Shown: positions 1 through 13,627, counted from the stretch's first letter. The stretch: 32,000 nt of DNA from Pseudomonas aeruginosa (GCF_001457615.1 NZ_LN831024.1:1-32000), one strand, 5' to 3'. Translations and numbers: made by a program. The notes: generated by a model from the letters alone, not told the origin.

Positions 1-1545
1 GTGTCCGTGGAACTTTGGCAGCAGTGCGTGGATCTTCTCCGCGATGAGCTGCCGTCCCAACAATTCAACACCTGGATCCGTCCCTTGCAGGTCGAAGCCG
101 AAGGCGACGAATTGCGTGTGTATGCACCCAACCGTTTCGTCCTCGATTGGGTGAACGAGAAATACCTCGGTCGGCTTCTGGAACTGCTCGGTGAACGCGG
201 CGAGGGTCAGTTGCCCGCGCTTTCCTTATTAATAGGCAGCAAGCGTAGCCGTACGCCGCGCGCCGCCATCGTCCCATCGCAGACCCACGTGGCTCCCCCG
301 CCTCCGGTTGCTCCGCCGCCGGCGCCAGTGCAGCCGGTATCGGCCGCGCCCGTGGTAGTGCCACGTGAAGAGCTGCCGCCAGTGACGACGGCTCCCAGCG
401 TGTCGAGCGATCCCTACGAGCCGGAAGAACCCAGCATCGATCCGCTGGCCGCCGCCATGCCGGCCGGAGCAGCGCCTGCGGTGCGCACCGAGCGCAACGT
501 CCAGGTCGAAGGTGCGCTGAAGCACACCAGCTATCTCAACCGTACCTTCACCTTCGAGAACTTCGTCGAGGGCAAGTCCAACCAGTTGGCCCGCGCCGCC
601 GCCTGGCAGGTGGCGGACAACCTCAAGCACGGCTACAACCCGCTGTTCCTCTACGGTGGCGTCGGTCTGGGCAAGACCCACCTGATGCATGCGGTGGGCA
701 ACCACCTGCTGAAGAAGAACCCGAACGCCAAGGTGGTCTACCTGCATTCGGAACGTTTCGTCGCGGACATGGTGAAGGCCTTGCAGCTCAACGCCATCAA
801 CGAATTCAAGCGCTTCTACCGCTCGGTGGACGCACTGTTGATCGACGACATCCAGTTCTTCGCCCGTAAGGAGCGCTCCCAGGAGGAGTTCTTCCACACC
901 TTCAATGCCCTTCTCGAAGGCGGCCAGCAGGTGATCCTCACCAGCGACCGCTATCCGAAGGAAATCGAAGGCCTGGAAGAGCGGCTGAAATCCCGCTTCG
1001 GCTGGGGCCTGACGGTGGCCGTCGAGCCGCCGGAACTGGAAACCCGGGTGGCGATCCTGATGAAGAAGGCTGAGCAGGCGAAGATCGAGCTGCCGCACGA
1101 TGCGGCCTTCTTCATCGCCCAGCGCATCCGTTCCAACGTGCGCGAACTGGAAGGTGCGCTGAAGCGGGTGATCGCCCACTCGCACTTCATGGGCCGGCCG
1201 ATCACCATCGAGCTGATTCGCGAGTCGCTGAAGGACCTGTTGGCCCTTCAGGACAAGCTGGTCAGCATCGACAACATCCAGCGCACCGTCGCCGAGTACT
1301 ACAAGATCAAGATATCCGATCTGTTGTCCAAGCGGCGTTCGCGCTCGGTGGCGCGCCCGCGCCAGGTGGCCATGGCGCTCTCCAAGGAGCTGACCAACCA
1401 CAGCCTGCCGGAGATCGGCGTGGCCTTCGGCGGTCGGGATCACACCACGGTGTTGCACGCCTGTCGTAAGATCGCTCAACTTAGGGAATCCGACGCGGAT
1501 ATCCGCGAGGACTACAAGAACCTGCTGCGTACCCTGACAACCTGA
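1..1545 (+). CDS. dnaA: Chromosomal replication initiator protein DnaA
   Basis: 514-aa ORF. AAA+ Walker [12 protein letters not shown]-terminal DNA-binding signature [11 protein letters not shown]. Pro/Ala-rich linker typical of Pseudomonas DnaA. Canonical dnaA-dnaN-recF-gyrB synteny. Confidence 0.98.
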   Translation: MSVELWQQCVDLLRDELPSQQFNTWIRPLQVEAEGDELRVYAPNRFVLDWVNEKYLGRLLELLGERGEGQLPALSLLIGSKRSRTPRAAIVPSQTHVAPPPPVAPPPAPVQPVSAAPVVVPREELPPVTTAPSVSSDPYEPEEPSIDPLAAAMPAGAAPAVRTERNVQVEGALKHTSYLNRTFTFENFVEGKSNQLARAAAWQVADNLKHGYNPLFLYGGVGLGKTHLMHAVGNHLLKKNPNAKVVYLHSERFVADMVKALQLNAINEFKRFYRSVDALLIDDIQFFARKERSQEEFFHTFNALLEGGQQVILTSDRYPKEIEGLEERLKSRFGWGLTVAVEPPELETRVAILMKKAEQAKIELPHDAAFFIAQRIRSNVRELEGALKRVIAHSHFMGRPITIELIRESLKDLLALQDKLVSIDNIQRTVAEYYKIKISDLLSKRRSRSVARPRQVAMALSKELTNHSLPEIGVAFGGRDHTTVLHACRKIAQLRESDADIREDYKNLLRTLTT

Positions 1546-1573
1546 CGCAGCCCACGAGGCAAGGGACTAGACC

Positions 1574-2677
1574 ATGCATTTCACCATTCAACGCGAAGCC
1601 CTGTTGAAACCGCTGCAACTGGTCGCCGGCGTCGTGGAACGCCGCCAGACATTGCCGGTTCTCTCCAACGTCCTGCTGGTGGTCGAAGGCCAGCAACTGT
1701 CGCTGACCGGCACCGACCTCGAAGTCGAGCTGGTTGGTCGCGTGGTACTGGAAGATGCCGCCGAACCCGGCGAGATCACCGTACCGGCGCGCAAGCTGAT
1801 GGACATCTGCAAGAGCCTGCCGAACGACGTGCTGATCGACATCCGTGTCGAAGAGCAGAAACTTCTGGTGAAGGCCGGGCGTAGCCGCTTCACCCTGTCC
1901 ACCCTGCCGGCCAACGATTTCCCCACCGTAGAGGAAGGTCCCGGCTCGCTGAACTTCAGCATTGCCCAGAGCAAGCTGCGTCGCCTGATCGACCGCACCA
2001 GCTTCGCCATGGCCCAGCAGGACGTGCGTTACTACCTCAACGGCATGCTGCTGGAAGTGAACGGCGGTACCCTGCGTTCCGTCGCCACCGACGGCCACCG
2101 ACTGGCCATGTGCTCGCTGGATGCGCAGATCCCGTCGCAGGACCGCCACCAGGTGATCGTGCCGCGCAAAGGCATCCTCGAACTGGCTCGTCTGCTCACC
2201 GAGCAGGACGGCGAAGTCGGTATCGTCCTGGGCCAGCACCATATCCGTGCCACCACTGGCGAATTCACCTTCACTTCGAAGCTGGTGGACGGCAAGTTCC
2301 CGGACTACGAACGCGTACTGCCGCGCGGTGGCGACAAGCTGGTGGTCGGTGACCGCCAGCAACTGCGCGAAGCCTTCAGCCGTACCGCGATCCTCTCCAA
2401 CGAGAAGTACCGCGGCATTCGCCTGCAGCTTTCCAACGGTTTGCTGAAAATCCAGGCGAACAACCCGGAGCAGGAAGAGGCCGAGGAAGAAGTGCAGGTC
2501 GAGTACAACGGCGGCAACCTGGAGATCGGCTTCAACGTCAGTTACCTGCTCGACGTGCTGGGTGTGATCGGTACCGAGCAGGTCCGCTTCATCCTTTCCG
2601 ATTCCAACAGCAGCGCCCTGGTCCACGAGGCCGACAATGACGATTCTGCCTATGTCGTCATGCCGATGCGCCTCTAA
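1574..2677 (+). CDS. dnaN: DNA polymerase III beta sliding clamp
   Basis: 367-aa ORF. N-terminus MHFTIQREALLKPLQ and C-terminus YVVMPMRL are typical of the beta clamp. Lies directly downstream of dnaA. Confidence 0.98.
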   Translation: MHFTIQREALLKPLQLVAGVVERRQTLPVLSNVLLVVEGQQLSLTGTDLEVELVGRVVLEDAAEPGEITVPARKLMDICKSLPNDVLIDIRVEEQKLLVKAGRSRFTLSTLPANDFPTVEEGPGSLNFSIAQSKLRRLIDRTSFAMAQQDVRYYLNGMLLEVNGGTLRSVATDGHRLAMCSLDAQIPSQDRHQVIVPRKGILELARLLTEQDGEVGIVLGQHHIRATTGEFTFTSKLVDGKFPDYERVLPRGGDKLVVGDRQQLREAFSRTAILSNEKYRGIRLQLSNGLLKIQANNPEQEEAEEEVQVEYNGGNLEIGFNVSYLLDVLGVIGTEQVRFILSDSNSSALVHEADNDDSAYVVMPMRL

Positions 2678-2686
2678 ACATACTGA

Positions 2687-6213
<3,527 letters not shown>

Positions 6214-6237
6214 CGGGTCGGCAGACCGACCCTCATG

Positions 6238-6270
6238 GAAACCCCGGCCTGGCGCCGGGGTTTTCTTTTT
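6238..6270 (+). terminator. Rho-independent terminator of gyrB
   Basis: Stem CCCCGGC (6242-6248) pairs with GCCGGGG (6254-6260) and is followed by TTTTCTTTTT. A smaller hairpin GGGTCGG/CCGACCC sits at 6215-6232. Confidence 0.75.
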
Positions 6271-6442
6271 GCGCCAGGTAGCCTGGATATGTGCCTTGCC
6301 AAGGTGTGGCCGAGCCCCGGTTGCTCGCCAGCATTGGCACCCTGGACCCAAGCCTCCTGGCGGCGTGGCACCGCTTCTGTGGGCAGCGGTCGCCGGTCGG
6401 TTCGGTCGATCGTTTCCAGCCGGCCTTGCTTTGCGCCTCGCG

Positions 6443-6480
6443 TGAAAACAAGAAGCCCCGCTATGGCGGGGCTTCTTTTA
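6443..6480 (-). terminator. Rho-independent terminator downstream of lptA, structurally bidirectional
   Basis: 11-bp stem AGAAGCCCCGC (6451-6461) pairs with GCGGGGCTTCT (6466-6476), loop TATG. The minus-strand transcript continues TGTTTTC. The plus strand continues TTTA. Confidence 0.7.
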
Positions 6481-6524
6481 TCGAATCGGCGCACAGTGCG
6501 CCTTGCAGGGGGCTTTGCGGCCCT

Positions 6525-7298
6525 TCACGAGACCACCGACGGCTCCGGATGGCTGACCCGCTGCTGGATGGGGCTGATCTCGGCCATGGTCTCGCTGACC
6601 CAGGCTTCGGCGCGCTGGTTTAGCTCGGCGATGGCGCGCGGGCCTTCGCCTTCGGCGTGCATGGCCGGGCCGATCACCACCTGGATGGTGCCCGGGTACT
6701 TGGCCCAGCCGGCCTTGGGCCAATACTGCCCGGCGTTGTGGGCGATCGGCAGTACCGGTAGCCCGGCGTTGACCGCCAGGGCGGTGCCGCCGCGGGAGAA
6801 CTTGCCCATCTGCCCCACCGGAATACGCGTGCCTTCCGGGAAGATCAGCACCCAGGCGCCTTTCTTCAGGCACTCGTCGCCCTGCTTGGCCAGTTGCTTG
6901 AGGGCCAGCTTGGGCTGGCTGCGGTCGATGGCGATGGGCTTGAGCAGGGCCAGGGCCCAGCCGAAGAACGGCACGTAGAGCAGCTCGCGCTTGAGTACCT
7001 GGCTGAGTGGCTCGAAGAAGCCGGAGAGGAAGAAGGTTTCCCAGGTGCTCTGGTGCTTGGAGAGGATCACGCAGGGCTTTTCCGGGATGTTCTCCAGTCC
7101 GCGCACCTCGTAGCGGATGCCGGCGACCACGCGGGTCAGCCAGATCGCGAAGCGGCACCAGTTCTGTACCACGAAGCGGTAGCGGGCGCGGAACGGCAGG
7201 ATCGGCGCGATGAAGAAGCTGAGGGTGCCCCAGACGAACGCGCTGGCGGACAGCAGCAGGTAAAAGAGGACGGTTCTGATGGCCTGCACTGTCGACAT
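6525..7298 (-). CDS. lptA: 1-acyl-sn-glycerol-3-phosphate (lysophosphatidic acid) acyltransferase, PlsC family
   Basis: Track ORF 6525..7427 trimmed to ATG at 7298 (MSTVQAIRTV..., 257 aa). Acyltransferase blocks SKHQSTWE and IFPEGTR. N-terminal membrane helix. The symbol is the PAO1 name (PA0005), not the LPS-transport lptA. Confidence 0.88.
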   Translation of the reverse strand: MSTVQAIRTVLFYLLLSASAFVWGTLSFFIAPILPFRARYRFVVQNWCRFAIWLTRVVAGIRYEVRGLENIPEKPCVILSKHQSTWETFFLSGFFEPLSQVLKRELLYVPFFGWALALLKPIAIDRSQPKLALKQLAKQGDECLKKGAWVLIFPEGTRIPVGQMGKFSRGGTALAVNAGLPVLPIAHNAGQYWPKAGWAKYPGTIQVVIGPAMHAEGEGPRAIAELNQRAEAWVSETMAEISPIQQRVSHPEPSVVS

Positions 7299-7309
7299 GT
7301 ATTCTGACC

Positions 7310-7846
7310 TTACTGAAGTAATGCGCTGGCGACTGCCGCCAGATCGTCGAATATCAGGGTGCCCTCTGGCAAGGGCTTGCCCAGCGTACGTACACCTTTT
7401 CCGGTCTTTACCAATACCGGCTGACAATCGACGGCCCGCGCCGCCTCCAGGTCACCGATGCTGTCGCCGACGAACCAGATACCCGACAGATCGACCCCGT
7501 AGTGCTCGCCGATCTGCCGCAGCATACCCGGCTTCGGCTTGCGGCAGTCGCAACCGTCGTCCGGTCCATGCGGACAATAGACGATGAGGCCGACCTCGCC
7601 GCCCTGCTCCGCGACCAGTTCGCGCAAGCGCGCATGCATGGCCTCGAGCACTGCCAGGTCGTAATAGCCACGGGCGATGCCGGACTGGTTGGTAGCCACC
7701 GCGACGGTCCAGCCGGCCTGGCTCAGGCGGGCGATGGCCTCGATCGAGCTGGGGATGGGGATCCACTCGTCGAGGGTCTTGATGTAATCGTCGGAGTCGA
7801 GGTTGATGACTCCATCGCGGTCGAGAATCAGCAGGGAACGGGACAT
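7310..7846 (-). CDS. gmhB: D-glycero-D-manno-heptose 1,7-bisphosphate 7-phosphatase (HAD-IIIA, GmhB-like)
   Basis: HAD motif I LILDRDGVIN. Zn-binding CPH...CDCRKPKPGM block typical of GmhB. VGDSIGD motif. Start taken at MSRSLL (178 aa); an in-frame ATG at 7864 is the alternative. Confidence 0.88.
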   Translation of the reverse strand: MSRSLLILDRDGVINLDSDDYIKTLDEWIPIPSSIEAIARLSQAGWTVAVATNQSGIARGYYDLAVLEAMHARLRELVAEQGGEVGLIVYCPHGPDDGCDCRKPKPGMLRQIGEHYGVDLSGIWFVGDSIGDLEAARAVDCQPVLVKTGKGVRTLGKPLPEGTLIFDDLAAVASALLQ

Positions 7847-8177
7847 CGATGCGCAGTTGGCCATGAACGGAAAGGATCGATTCTACCTCAGCCAGCCGGA
7901 GCATCGCGGATGGATCGACGAGCCCCCTACGCTGGACAATCTGTACTAGATTCAATAATGGCAATGGAATGGCAATCCCAGGCCAGGGAGTCATTTGGCA
8001 CGCAGCAGTGGGTGTCTCGGAGTACGTGCGAACCCCTTGGCGGGTGGATCACCGGAGTAACGCAGTAAGCGCCTATCGCATGCCAGCACGGCCGACCGGC
8101 CGTGTTTCCACCACAGGTGGAGCGGGCATGACGACGGGGAGTTCCGGGGCGTCTGCCCGTTCCCAAGGACGGTAACC

Positions 8178-9884
8178 GTGAAACGCCTGAAAAAGACACT
8201 GCACCTTTCAAGCTTGTCCCTCGCTTCCCTGGCTCTTTCTTCCGCCGCCCTGGCGGCCGCTCCGGTCATGCTCGACCAGGGCAAGGAATGGACCGAAAGC
8301 CACCGCCAGGACTTCTACAGCCGCGACCAGGGCTCGCAGGTGATGCCCCTGCCCTGGCTCAAGGCGTTGCGACAGCCGGATGGAACGCCTTTCCTCGCCG
8401 ACAGCCTGGCCCGCTACGGCTATTTGCCCAACCCCAAGGCGCCCGCGGAAGGCCTGCCGGTGGGCTTCACCGTAGCCGGCACGGGCGCCCGGCAGATGGT
8501 CGGCATGACCTGTTCGGCCTGCCATACCCGGCAGATCGAGGTGAAGGGCACTGCCTATCGGATCGACGGCGGTCCGGCGATCGTCGACTTCCAGGCATTC
8601 CTCGCCGACCTCGATCGGTCCGTGGGACCGCTGACCAGCGATGACGCCGCCTTCGACGCCTTCGCCAAGCAGATCCTCGGGGCCAATCCGCCTCCCGGTG
8701 CGCGCGACGCTCTGCTCGCGGCGGTGAAGGAATGGTACGAGCCCTATCACACGCTGATCGAGCGCGCGCTGCCCAAGGACACCTGGGGACCGGCGCGGCT
8801 GGACGCGGTATCGATGATCTTCAACCGCCTTACCGGGCTGGATATCGGCACCGCGCCGCCCTACCTGATTCCCGACAACATCAAGGCGGCGGATGCGCCG
8901 GTGCGCTATCCGTTCCTGTGGAACGCGGCGCGGCAGAACAAGACCCAGTGGCCCGGCTTCGCCGCCAACGGCAACGACCTGCTCGGCCTGGCGCGCAATG
9001 TCGGCGAGGTCTACGGGGTGTTCGCCACCTTCCACCCGCAGAAGAGCAAGTTCCACCTGCTGGGCATGGACTACCTGAAGATCAACTCGGCCAACTTCCA
9101 CGGTCTGGGCAAGCTGGAAGACCTGATCAAGAAGATCGGCCCGCCGAAGTGGCCCTGGGCGGTGGACAAGCACCTGGCCAGGAAAGGCGCGCTGATCTTC
9201 GCCCGCAAGACCGACGAAGGTGGCTGCGTGGAGTGCCACGGCATCCGGATCAAGGACCTGGTGCTTTGGGACACTCCGCTGAGGGACGTCGGCAGCGACA
9301 GCCGCCAGCACGCCATCCTCGATGGCCAGGTGCAGACCGGCGTGATGGAGGGCGCGCGGATGCCGTTCGGCCAGCCGCTGAAGGCGACCGACGGAGCCTT
9401 CGATGTACTCGCCGTAGCGGTGGCCGGTTCGATCCTGCAGCACTTCGTGCCGATCCTCGGTGAGAAGCACGATGCCAAGGCGGCGGCGGTCAAGCCGGAA
9501 AGCGTGATGACCGACGAAACCCGGCAACTGCTGACCGCCTTCCAGAAGCCGGTGCGTACCCAGGCCGACCCCTACCCCTACGAGTCGCGGGTCCTGCAGG
9601 GGATCTGGGCGGCGGCGCCGTACCTGCACAACGGCTCGGTGCCGACCCTGGAAGAGTTGCTGAAGCCGGCCGCGGAGCGGGTGGAATCCTTCCCGGTGGG
9701 CTCGGCCTACGACGTGGACAAGGTCGGCCTCGCCGCCCAGCAGACCCAATTCGGCAGCTATGTGCTGAAGACCACCGGCTGCGAGCAGCGTGATTCCGGC
9801 AACAGCCGCTGCGGCCATGAGTACGGCACCAGCCTGTCGGCCGAGGAGAAGCGTGCGCTGCTGGAGTATCTGAAGGTCCTGTAG
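8178..9884 (+). CDS. Secreted di-haem c-type protein of unknown function, distantly CCP/MauG-like (PA0007-like)
   Basis: GTG start. Signal peptide MKRLKKTLHLSSLSLASLALSSAALAAAP. Two CXXCH haem-c motifs (CSACH at nt 8511-8525, and CVECH). C-terminal APYLHNGSVPTLEELL resembles the distal-site block of bacterial di-haem peroxidases, judged from memory. Confidence 0.8.
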   Translation: MKRLKKTLHLSSLSLASLALSSAALAAAPVMLDQGKEWTESHRQDFYSRDQGSQVMPLPWLKALRQPDGTPFLADSLARYGYLPNPKAPAEGLPVGFTVAGTGARQMVGMTCSACHTRQIEVKGTAYRIDGGPAIVDFQAFLADLDRSVGPLTSDDAAFDAFAKQILGANPPPGARDALLAAVKEWYEPYHTLIERALPKDTWGPARLDAVSMIFNRLTGLDIGTAPPYLIPDNIKAADAPVRYPFLWNAARQNKTQWPGFAANGNDLLGLARNVGEVYGVFATFHPQKSKFHLLGMDYLKINSANFHGLGKLEDLIKKIGPPKWPWAVDKHLARKGALIFARKTDEGGCVECHGIRIKDLVLWDTPLRDVGSDSRQHAILDGQVQTGVMEGARMPFGQPLKATDGAFDVLAVAVAGSILQHFVPILGEKHDAKAAAVKPESVMTDETRQLLTAFQKPVRTQADPYPYESRVLQGIWAAAPYLHNGSVPTLEELLKPAAERVESFPVGSAYDVDKVGLAAQQTQFGSYVLKTTGCEQRDSGNSRCGHEYGTSLSAEEKRALLEYLKVL

Positions 9885-9886
9885 TG

Positions 9887-9925
9887 AAAAAGGCCCGGTG
9901 TCGCGAGGACGCCGGGCCTTTTCTT
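9887..9925. terminator. Bidirectional rho-independent terminator between the convergent PA0007-like gene and glyS
   Basis: AAAAGGCCCGG (9887-9898) pairs with CCGGGCCTTTT (9912-9922). Inner GTC/GAC pairs. A-run on one side and T-run on the other. Confidence 0.8.
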
Positions 9926-9940
9926 CGAGGCGGGACTGGC

Positions 9941-11995
9941 TCAGCCGAGCAGCGAGATGTCCGCCACCCCGAGGAACGACCCGCGCAGCTTGGCCAGCAG
10001 CGCATAGCGGTTGGCGCGCACCGCCGCGTCGTCGACATTGACCATCACATCGGCGAAGAACGTATCCACCGGCTCGCGCAAGGCCGCCAGGCGGGCCAGC
10101 GCGGCGCGATAGTCGCGTGCCGCTGCCAGCGGCGCGACTTCGCTTTCGGCGTTCGCCACGGCGCTGCCCAGGGCCTTCTCGGCGGCTTCCACCAGCAGGC
10201 TGGCATCCACGTTCGGCGGAACCTCGTCCTCGGACTTGGCGAGAATATTCGACACCCGTTTGTTCGCCGCGGCCAGGGCCTCGGCTTCAGGCAACTGGCG
10301 GAAGGCCTGGACGGCCTGTACGCGCTGGTCGAAGTCCAGCGGCGAGCTTGGCTTGAGCGCGCGCACCGACTGGTACACGGCCACGTCCACGCCTTCGTCC
10401 TCGTAGCGCGCGCGCAGGCGGTCGAACACGAAGTCCAGCACCTGCTCGGCCAGGCCGGCGGCCTTGACCTTGTCGCCGTATTGCTCGACGGCGGCGTTGA
10501 CCGCGGCTACCAGGTCCAGGTCGAGCTGCTTCTCGATGAGGATGCGCAGCACGCCCAGCGCAGCGCGGCGCAGCGCGTAGGGGTCCTTGCTGCCGGTGGG
10601 AAGCATGCCGATGCCGAAGATACCGACCAGGGTATCGAGCTTGTCGGCCACCGCCACGGCGGCGCCGGTCAGGGTCGAGGGTAGCTCGGCGCCGGCGCCG
10701 CGCGGCATGTACTGCTCGTTGAGGGCCAGGGCGACGTCTTCCGCTTCGCCGCCGTGGGTGGCGTAGTAGTAGCCGGCGATGCCCTGCATTTCGGGGAACT
10801 CGCCGACCATCTCGGTCGCCAGGTCACACTTGGACAGGATGCCGGCGCGCGCGGCGTTCTGCGCATTGCCGCCTATACGTTCGGCGATGTAGGCGGCCAG
10901 GCCGGAGACGCGCTGGGCCTTCTCGAACACGGTGCCGAGCTGGGCCTGGAACACTACGTTGCGCAGGCGCTCATTGAAGCTTTCGAGCGGCTGCTTCTTG
11001 TCCTGCTTGAAGAAGAACTCGGCGTCGGTGAGGCGCGGGCGAACCACCTTCTCGTTACCGCTGACGATGTTCTCCGGCGCCTTGCTCTCGACGTTGGCGA
11101 CGGTGATGAAGCGCGGCAGCAGCTTGCCGTTGGCGTCCAGCAGGCAGAAGTATTTCTGGTTGTCCTGCATGGTGGTGATCAGGGCTTCCTGCGGGACCTC
11201 GAGGAAGCGCTCCTCGAAGGAGCAGACCAGCGGCACCGGCCACTCGACCAGTGCAGTCACTTCGTCGAGCAGGCTCGGCGGCACGATGGCGCTGCCCTGT
11301 TGCTCGGCGGCCAGTTCGGCCACGCGCTTGGCGATCAGCTCGCGGCGCTCGGCGAAATCGGCCAGCACATGAGCGCCGCGCAGGTCTTCCAGATACGCTG
11401 CCGGGCTGGAAATACGCACATTGTCCGGATTGTGGAAGCGGTGGCCACGGGATTCGCGCCCGGCTTTCTGGGCGAGGATCTCGCACTCGACCACATCGTC
11501 GCCGAACAGCATCACCAGCCATTGGGTCGGACGCACGAACTCCTCGCGGCGAGCTGCCCAGCGCATCCGCTTGGGAATCGGCAGTTCGTTCAACGAGGCC
11601 TCGACGATGCCAGGCAGCAGGCCGGCGGCCGGTTGGCCGGCGATGGTCTGGCTGAAGCGCAGCTTCGGACCGCTCTTGTCGATCTGCTGCAGATCCACGC
11701 CGCACTTCTTGGCGAAGCCCAGGGCGGCCTGGGTCGGGTTACCGCTGGCGTCGAAGGCGGCCTGTAGCGGCGGACCGTCTAGGTTGACGGTACGGTCGGG
11801 CTGCTGCACGGCGAGTTGCTCGACCAGCACGGCGAGACGGCGCGGCGCCGCATAGAAACGCGCAGCGGCATAGCTCAGACCGGCAGCCTTGAGGCCCTTC
11901 TCGATACCGCTGAGGAAGGCTTCGCCGAGGCTGTTGAGGGCTTTTGGCGGCAGCTCTTCGGTGCCCAGTTCGACCAGGAAATCCTTGGCGCTCAT
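9941..11995 (-). CDS. glyS: Glycine--tRNA ligase beta subunit
   Basis: About 684 aa with full-length similarity to GlyS ([20 protein letters not shown]...). Tandem ATG ATG at 11998 and 11995, both overlapping the glyQ stop (TGATGA), so the start is ambiguous by one codon. Confidence 0.95.
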   Translation of the reverse strand: MSAKDFLVELGTEELPPKALNSLGEAFLSGIEKGLKAAGLSYAAARFYAAPRRLAVLVEQLAVQQPDRTVNLDGPPLQAAFDASGNPTQAALGFAKKCGVDLQQIDKSGPKLRFSQTIAGQPAAGLLPGIVEASLNELPIPKRMRWAARREEFVRPTQWLVMLFGDDVVECEILAQKAGRESRGHRFHNPDNVRISSPAAYLEDLRGAHVLADFAERRELIAKRVAELAAEQQGSAIVPPSLLDEVTALVEWPVPLVCSFEERFLEVPQEALITTMQDNQKYFCLLDANGKLLPRFITVANVESKAPENIVSGNEKVVRPRLTDAEFFFKQDKKQPLESFNERLRNVVFQAQLGTVFEKAQRVSGLAAYIAERIGGNAQNAARAGILSKCDLATEMVGEFPEMQGIAGYYYATHGGEAEDVALALNEQYMPRGAGAELPSTLTGAAVAVADKLDTLVGIFGIGMLPTGSKDPYALRRAALGVLRILIEKQLDLDLVAAVNAAVEQYGDKVKAAGLAEQVLDFVFDRLRARYEDEGVDVAVYQSVRALKPSSPLDFDQRVQAVQAFRQLPEAEALAAANKRVSNILAKSEDEVPPNVDASLLVEAAEKALGSAVANAESEVAPLAAARDYRAALARLAALREPVDTFFADVMVNVDDAAVRANRYALLAKLRGSFLGVADISLLG

Positions 11996-12942
11996 CATTC
12001 GGCCTCCTTCAGCTTGGCCAGTACTTCGTCACGCAATTCGGGGGTGGCCATGGGGAAGCCGAGGCGCGCGCGGGCCTGCAGGTAGCTCTGCGCCACGGCG
12101 CGGGCCAGGGTACGCACGCGAAGGATGTAGCGCTGGCGCTCGGTGACCGAGATGGCGCGCCGCGCATCCAGCAGGTTGAAGGTATGCGAAGCCTTGAGGA
12201 CCATCTCGTAGGTCGGCAACGGCAGCTCCAGCGCGATCAGGCGGTTGGCTTCGCTTTCGTAGAAGTCGAACAGTTCGAACAGCTTCGGCACGTTGGCGTG
12301 CTCGAAGTTGAAAGTGGATTGCTCCACCTCGTTCTGGTGGAACACGTCGCCATAGGTGACCTTGCCGAACGGGCCGTCGGTCCAGACCAGGTCGTAGACC
12401 GAGTCCACGCCCTGCAGGTACATGGCCAGGCGCTCCAGGCCGTAGGTGATCTCGCCGGTGACCGGATAGCACTCGATGCCGCCGACCTGCTGGAAGTAGG
12501 TGAACTGGGTGACTTCCATGCCGTTCAGCCAGATTTCCCAACCCAGGCCCCAGGCGCCGAGGGTCGGCGACTCCCAGTTGTCCTCGACGAAGCGGATGTC
12601 GTGGACCAGCGGGTCGATGCCGATGGCTTTCAGCGAGCCGAGGTACAGCTCCTGGAAGTTCTCCGGGTTCGGCTTCAGGACCACCTGAAACTGGTAGTAG
12701 TGCTGCAGGCGGTTGGGGTTCTCGCCGTAGCGACCGTCGGTGGGGCGGCGGCTCGGCTGGACGTAGGCGGCGTTCCAGGTCTCCGGGCCGATGGCGCGGA
12801 GGAAGGTGGCGGTGTGGAAGGTGCCGGCGCCCACTTCCATGTCGTAGGGCTGCAGCACCACGCAGCCCTGCTCGGCCCAGTAGTTCTGCAGGGCGAGAAT
12901 CAGGTCTTGGAAGGTGCGCACGGCGGGCGTAGTCTGGCTCAC
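11995..12942 (-). CDS. glyQ: Glycine--tRNA ligase alpha subunit
   Basis: Highly conserved GlyQ sequence ([34 protein letters not shown]). Start set at GTG 12942 (MSQTT..., 315 aa), preceded by AGGTGA 5 nt upstream. The track ORF starts at another GTG at 12951. Confidence 0.95.
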   Translation of the reverse strand: MSQTTPAVRTFQDLILALQNYWAEQGCVVLQPYDMEVGAGTFHTATFLRAIGPETWNAAYVQPSRRPTDGRYGENPNRLQHYYQFQVVLKPNPENFQELYLGSLKAIGIDPLVHDIRFVEDNWESPTLGAWGLGWEIWLNGMEVTQFTYFQQVGGIECYPVTGEITYGLERLAMYLQGVDSVYDLVWTDGPFGKVTYGDVFHQNEVEQSTFNFEHANVPKLFELFDFYESEANRLIALELPLPTYEMVLKASHTFNLLDARRAISVTERQRYILRVRTLARAVAQSYLQARARLGFPMATPELRDEVLAKLKEAE

Positions 12943-13046
12943 GAAATTCACCTGTGCTGAGGCTTCGATACAAAACGCGGAAGTATACCCGATTCCCGCG
13001 CCGCCTCGCCCGTCCCCCCGATCCCTGGAAAACCACGGAAAGCCTT

Positions 13047-13598
13047 ATGCCACGCTGCTTCTGGTGCAACGACGATCCCCTCTACATGGCCTACCACGAT
13101 GAGGAGTGGGGTGTGCCGCAGCGCGATCCCGACGCGCTGTTCGAACTTCTGCTGCTGGAGGGCTTCCAGGCCGGGTTGTCCTGGATCACCGTGCTGAAGA
13201 AGCGCGAGCGCTACCGCGAGGTGCTGTTCGGCTTCGACGTGCAGCGGGTGGCACAGATGAGCGACGCGGAGATCGACGAACTGATGCTCGACCCCGGCAT
13301 CATTCGCAATCGGGCCAAGCTCAACGCTGCGCGGCAGAACGCCCAGGCCTGGCTGGAGCTGGATGACCCGGCTGGGTTCCTCTGGTCCTTCGTCGGCGGC
13401 CAGCCGAAGATCAACCATTTCGCTGGTCGCGCCGAGGTGCCGGCGATTACCCCGGAAGCCGAGGCCATGAGCAAGGCGCTGCGCAAGGCCGGCTTCAACT
13501 TCGTCGGGCCGACCATCTGCTACGCCTTCATGCAGGCCAGCGGCATGGTCATGGACCATACCCAGGACTGCGACCGTTACGCCCAACTCGTCGGCTAG
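13047..13598 (+). CDS. tag: DNA-3-methyladenine glycosylase I
   Basis: Track ORF trimmed to ATG 13047 (MPRCFWCNDDPLYMAYHDEEWGVP, 183 aa). This is the Tag Zn-snap / HhH family signature. Confidence 0.93.
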   Translation: MPRCFWCNDDPLYMAYHDEEWGVPQRDPDALFELLLLEGFQAGLSWITVLKKRERYREVLFGFDVQRVAQMSDAEIDELMLDPGIIRNRAKLNAARQNAQAWLELDDPAGFLWSFVGGQPKINHFAGRAEVPAITPEAEAMSKALRKAGFNFVGPTICYAFMQASGMVMDHTQDCDRYAQLVG

Positions 13599-13627
13599 CC
13601 GGGCGCTCCCTGACGGATGCGTTCGGA

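Noticed and set aside
229-1479. 416-aa ORF antisense to dnaA. Similar long antisense or out-of-frame ORFs: 1481-2818(-), 4186-6351(-), 8208-9818(-), 9884-10684(+), 10754-11767(+), 11944-12960(+), 12029-13069(-), 16955-18934(+), 19582-21096(+), 22185-23459(-), 25151-27109(-), 27127-28440(-), 29660-31564(-).
   Set aside because: These are typical shadow ORFs of a genome of roughly 66% GC. They are Arg/Gly/Ala/Pro/His-rich, low-complexity and motif-free. Each lies opposite, or out of frame with, a gene that has unambiguous family signatures.
6235-7158. ORFs 6235-6978(+), 6291-6623(+) and 6478-7158(-), spanning the gyrB-lptA spacer and lptA.
   Set aside because: They run across two rho-independent terminators or antisense to the acyltransferase gene. 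Their composition is shadow-frame-like, with no SD and no motifs.
6525-7427. N-terminal extensions of track ORFs: lptA 7427, tag 12954, yhhQ 15061, tsaP 21133, tsaC 23389, hemF 25175, glyQ 12951, TPR gene 16743.
   Set aside because: The extensions are Arg/Pro-rich, overlap upstream genes or promoter regions, and lack SD sequences. Internal starts give canonical N-termini or signal peptides and have SD motifs.
7941-7956. CTGTACTAGATTCAAT, superficially LexA/SOS-box-like (CTG-N10-CAG).
   Set aside because: The distal CAG half is missing and overall identity to the SOS-box consensus is poor.
7996-8011. TGGCAC-N5-AGTGG resembling a sigma-54 -24 element upstream of the di-haem gene.
   Set aside because: The -12 element (TTGCW) is absent at the required spacing, so it is only a half match.
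8912-8924. GTTCC-TGT-GGAAC inverted repeat inside the di-haem gene, resembling parS arms.
   Set aside because: The central spacing is 3 nt rather than 4 (ACGT) and it lacks the TG/CA flanks, so it is not a parS-class site.
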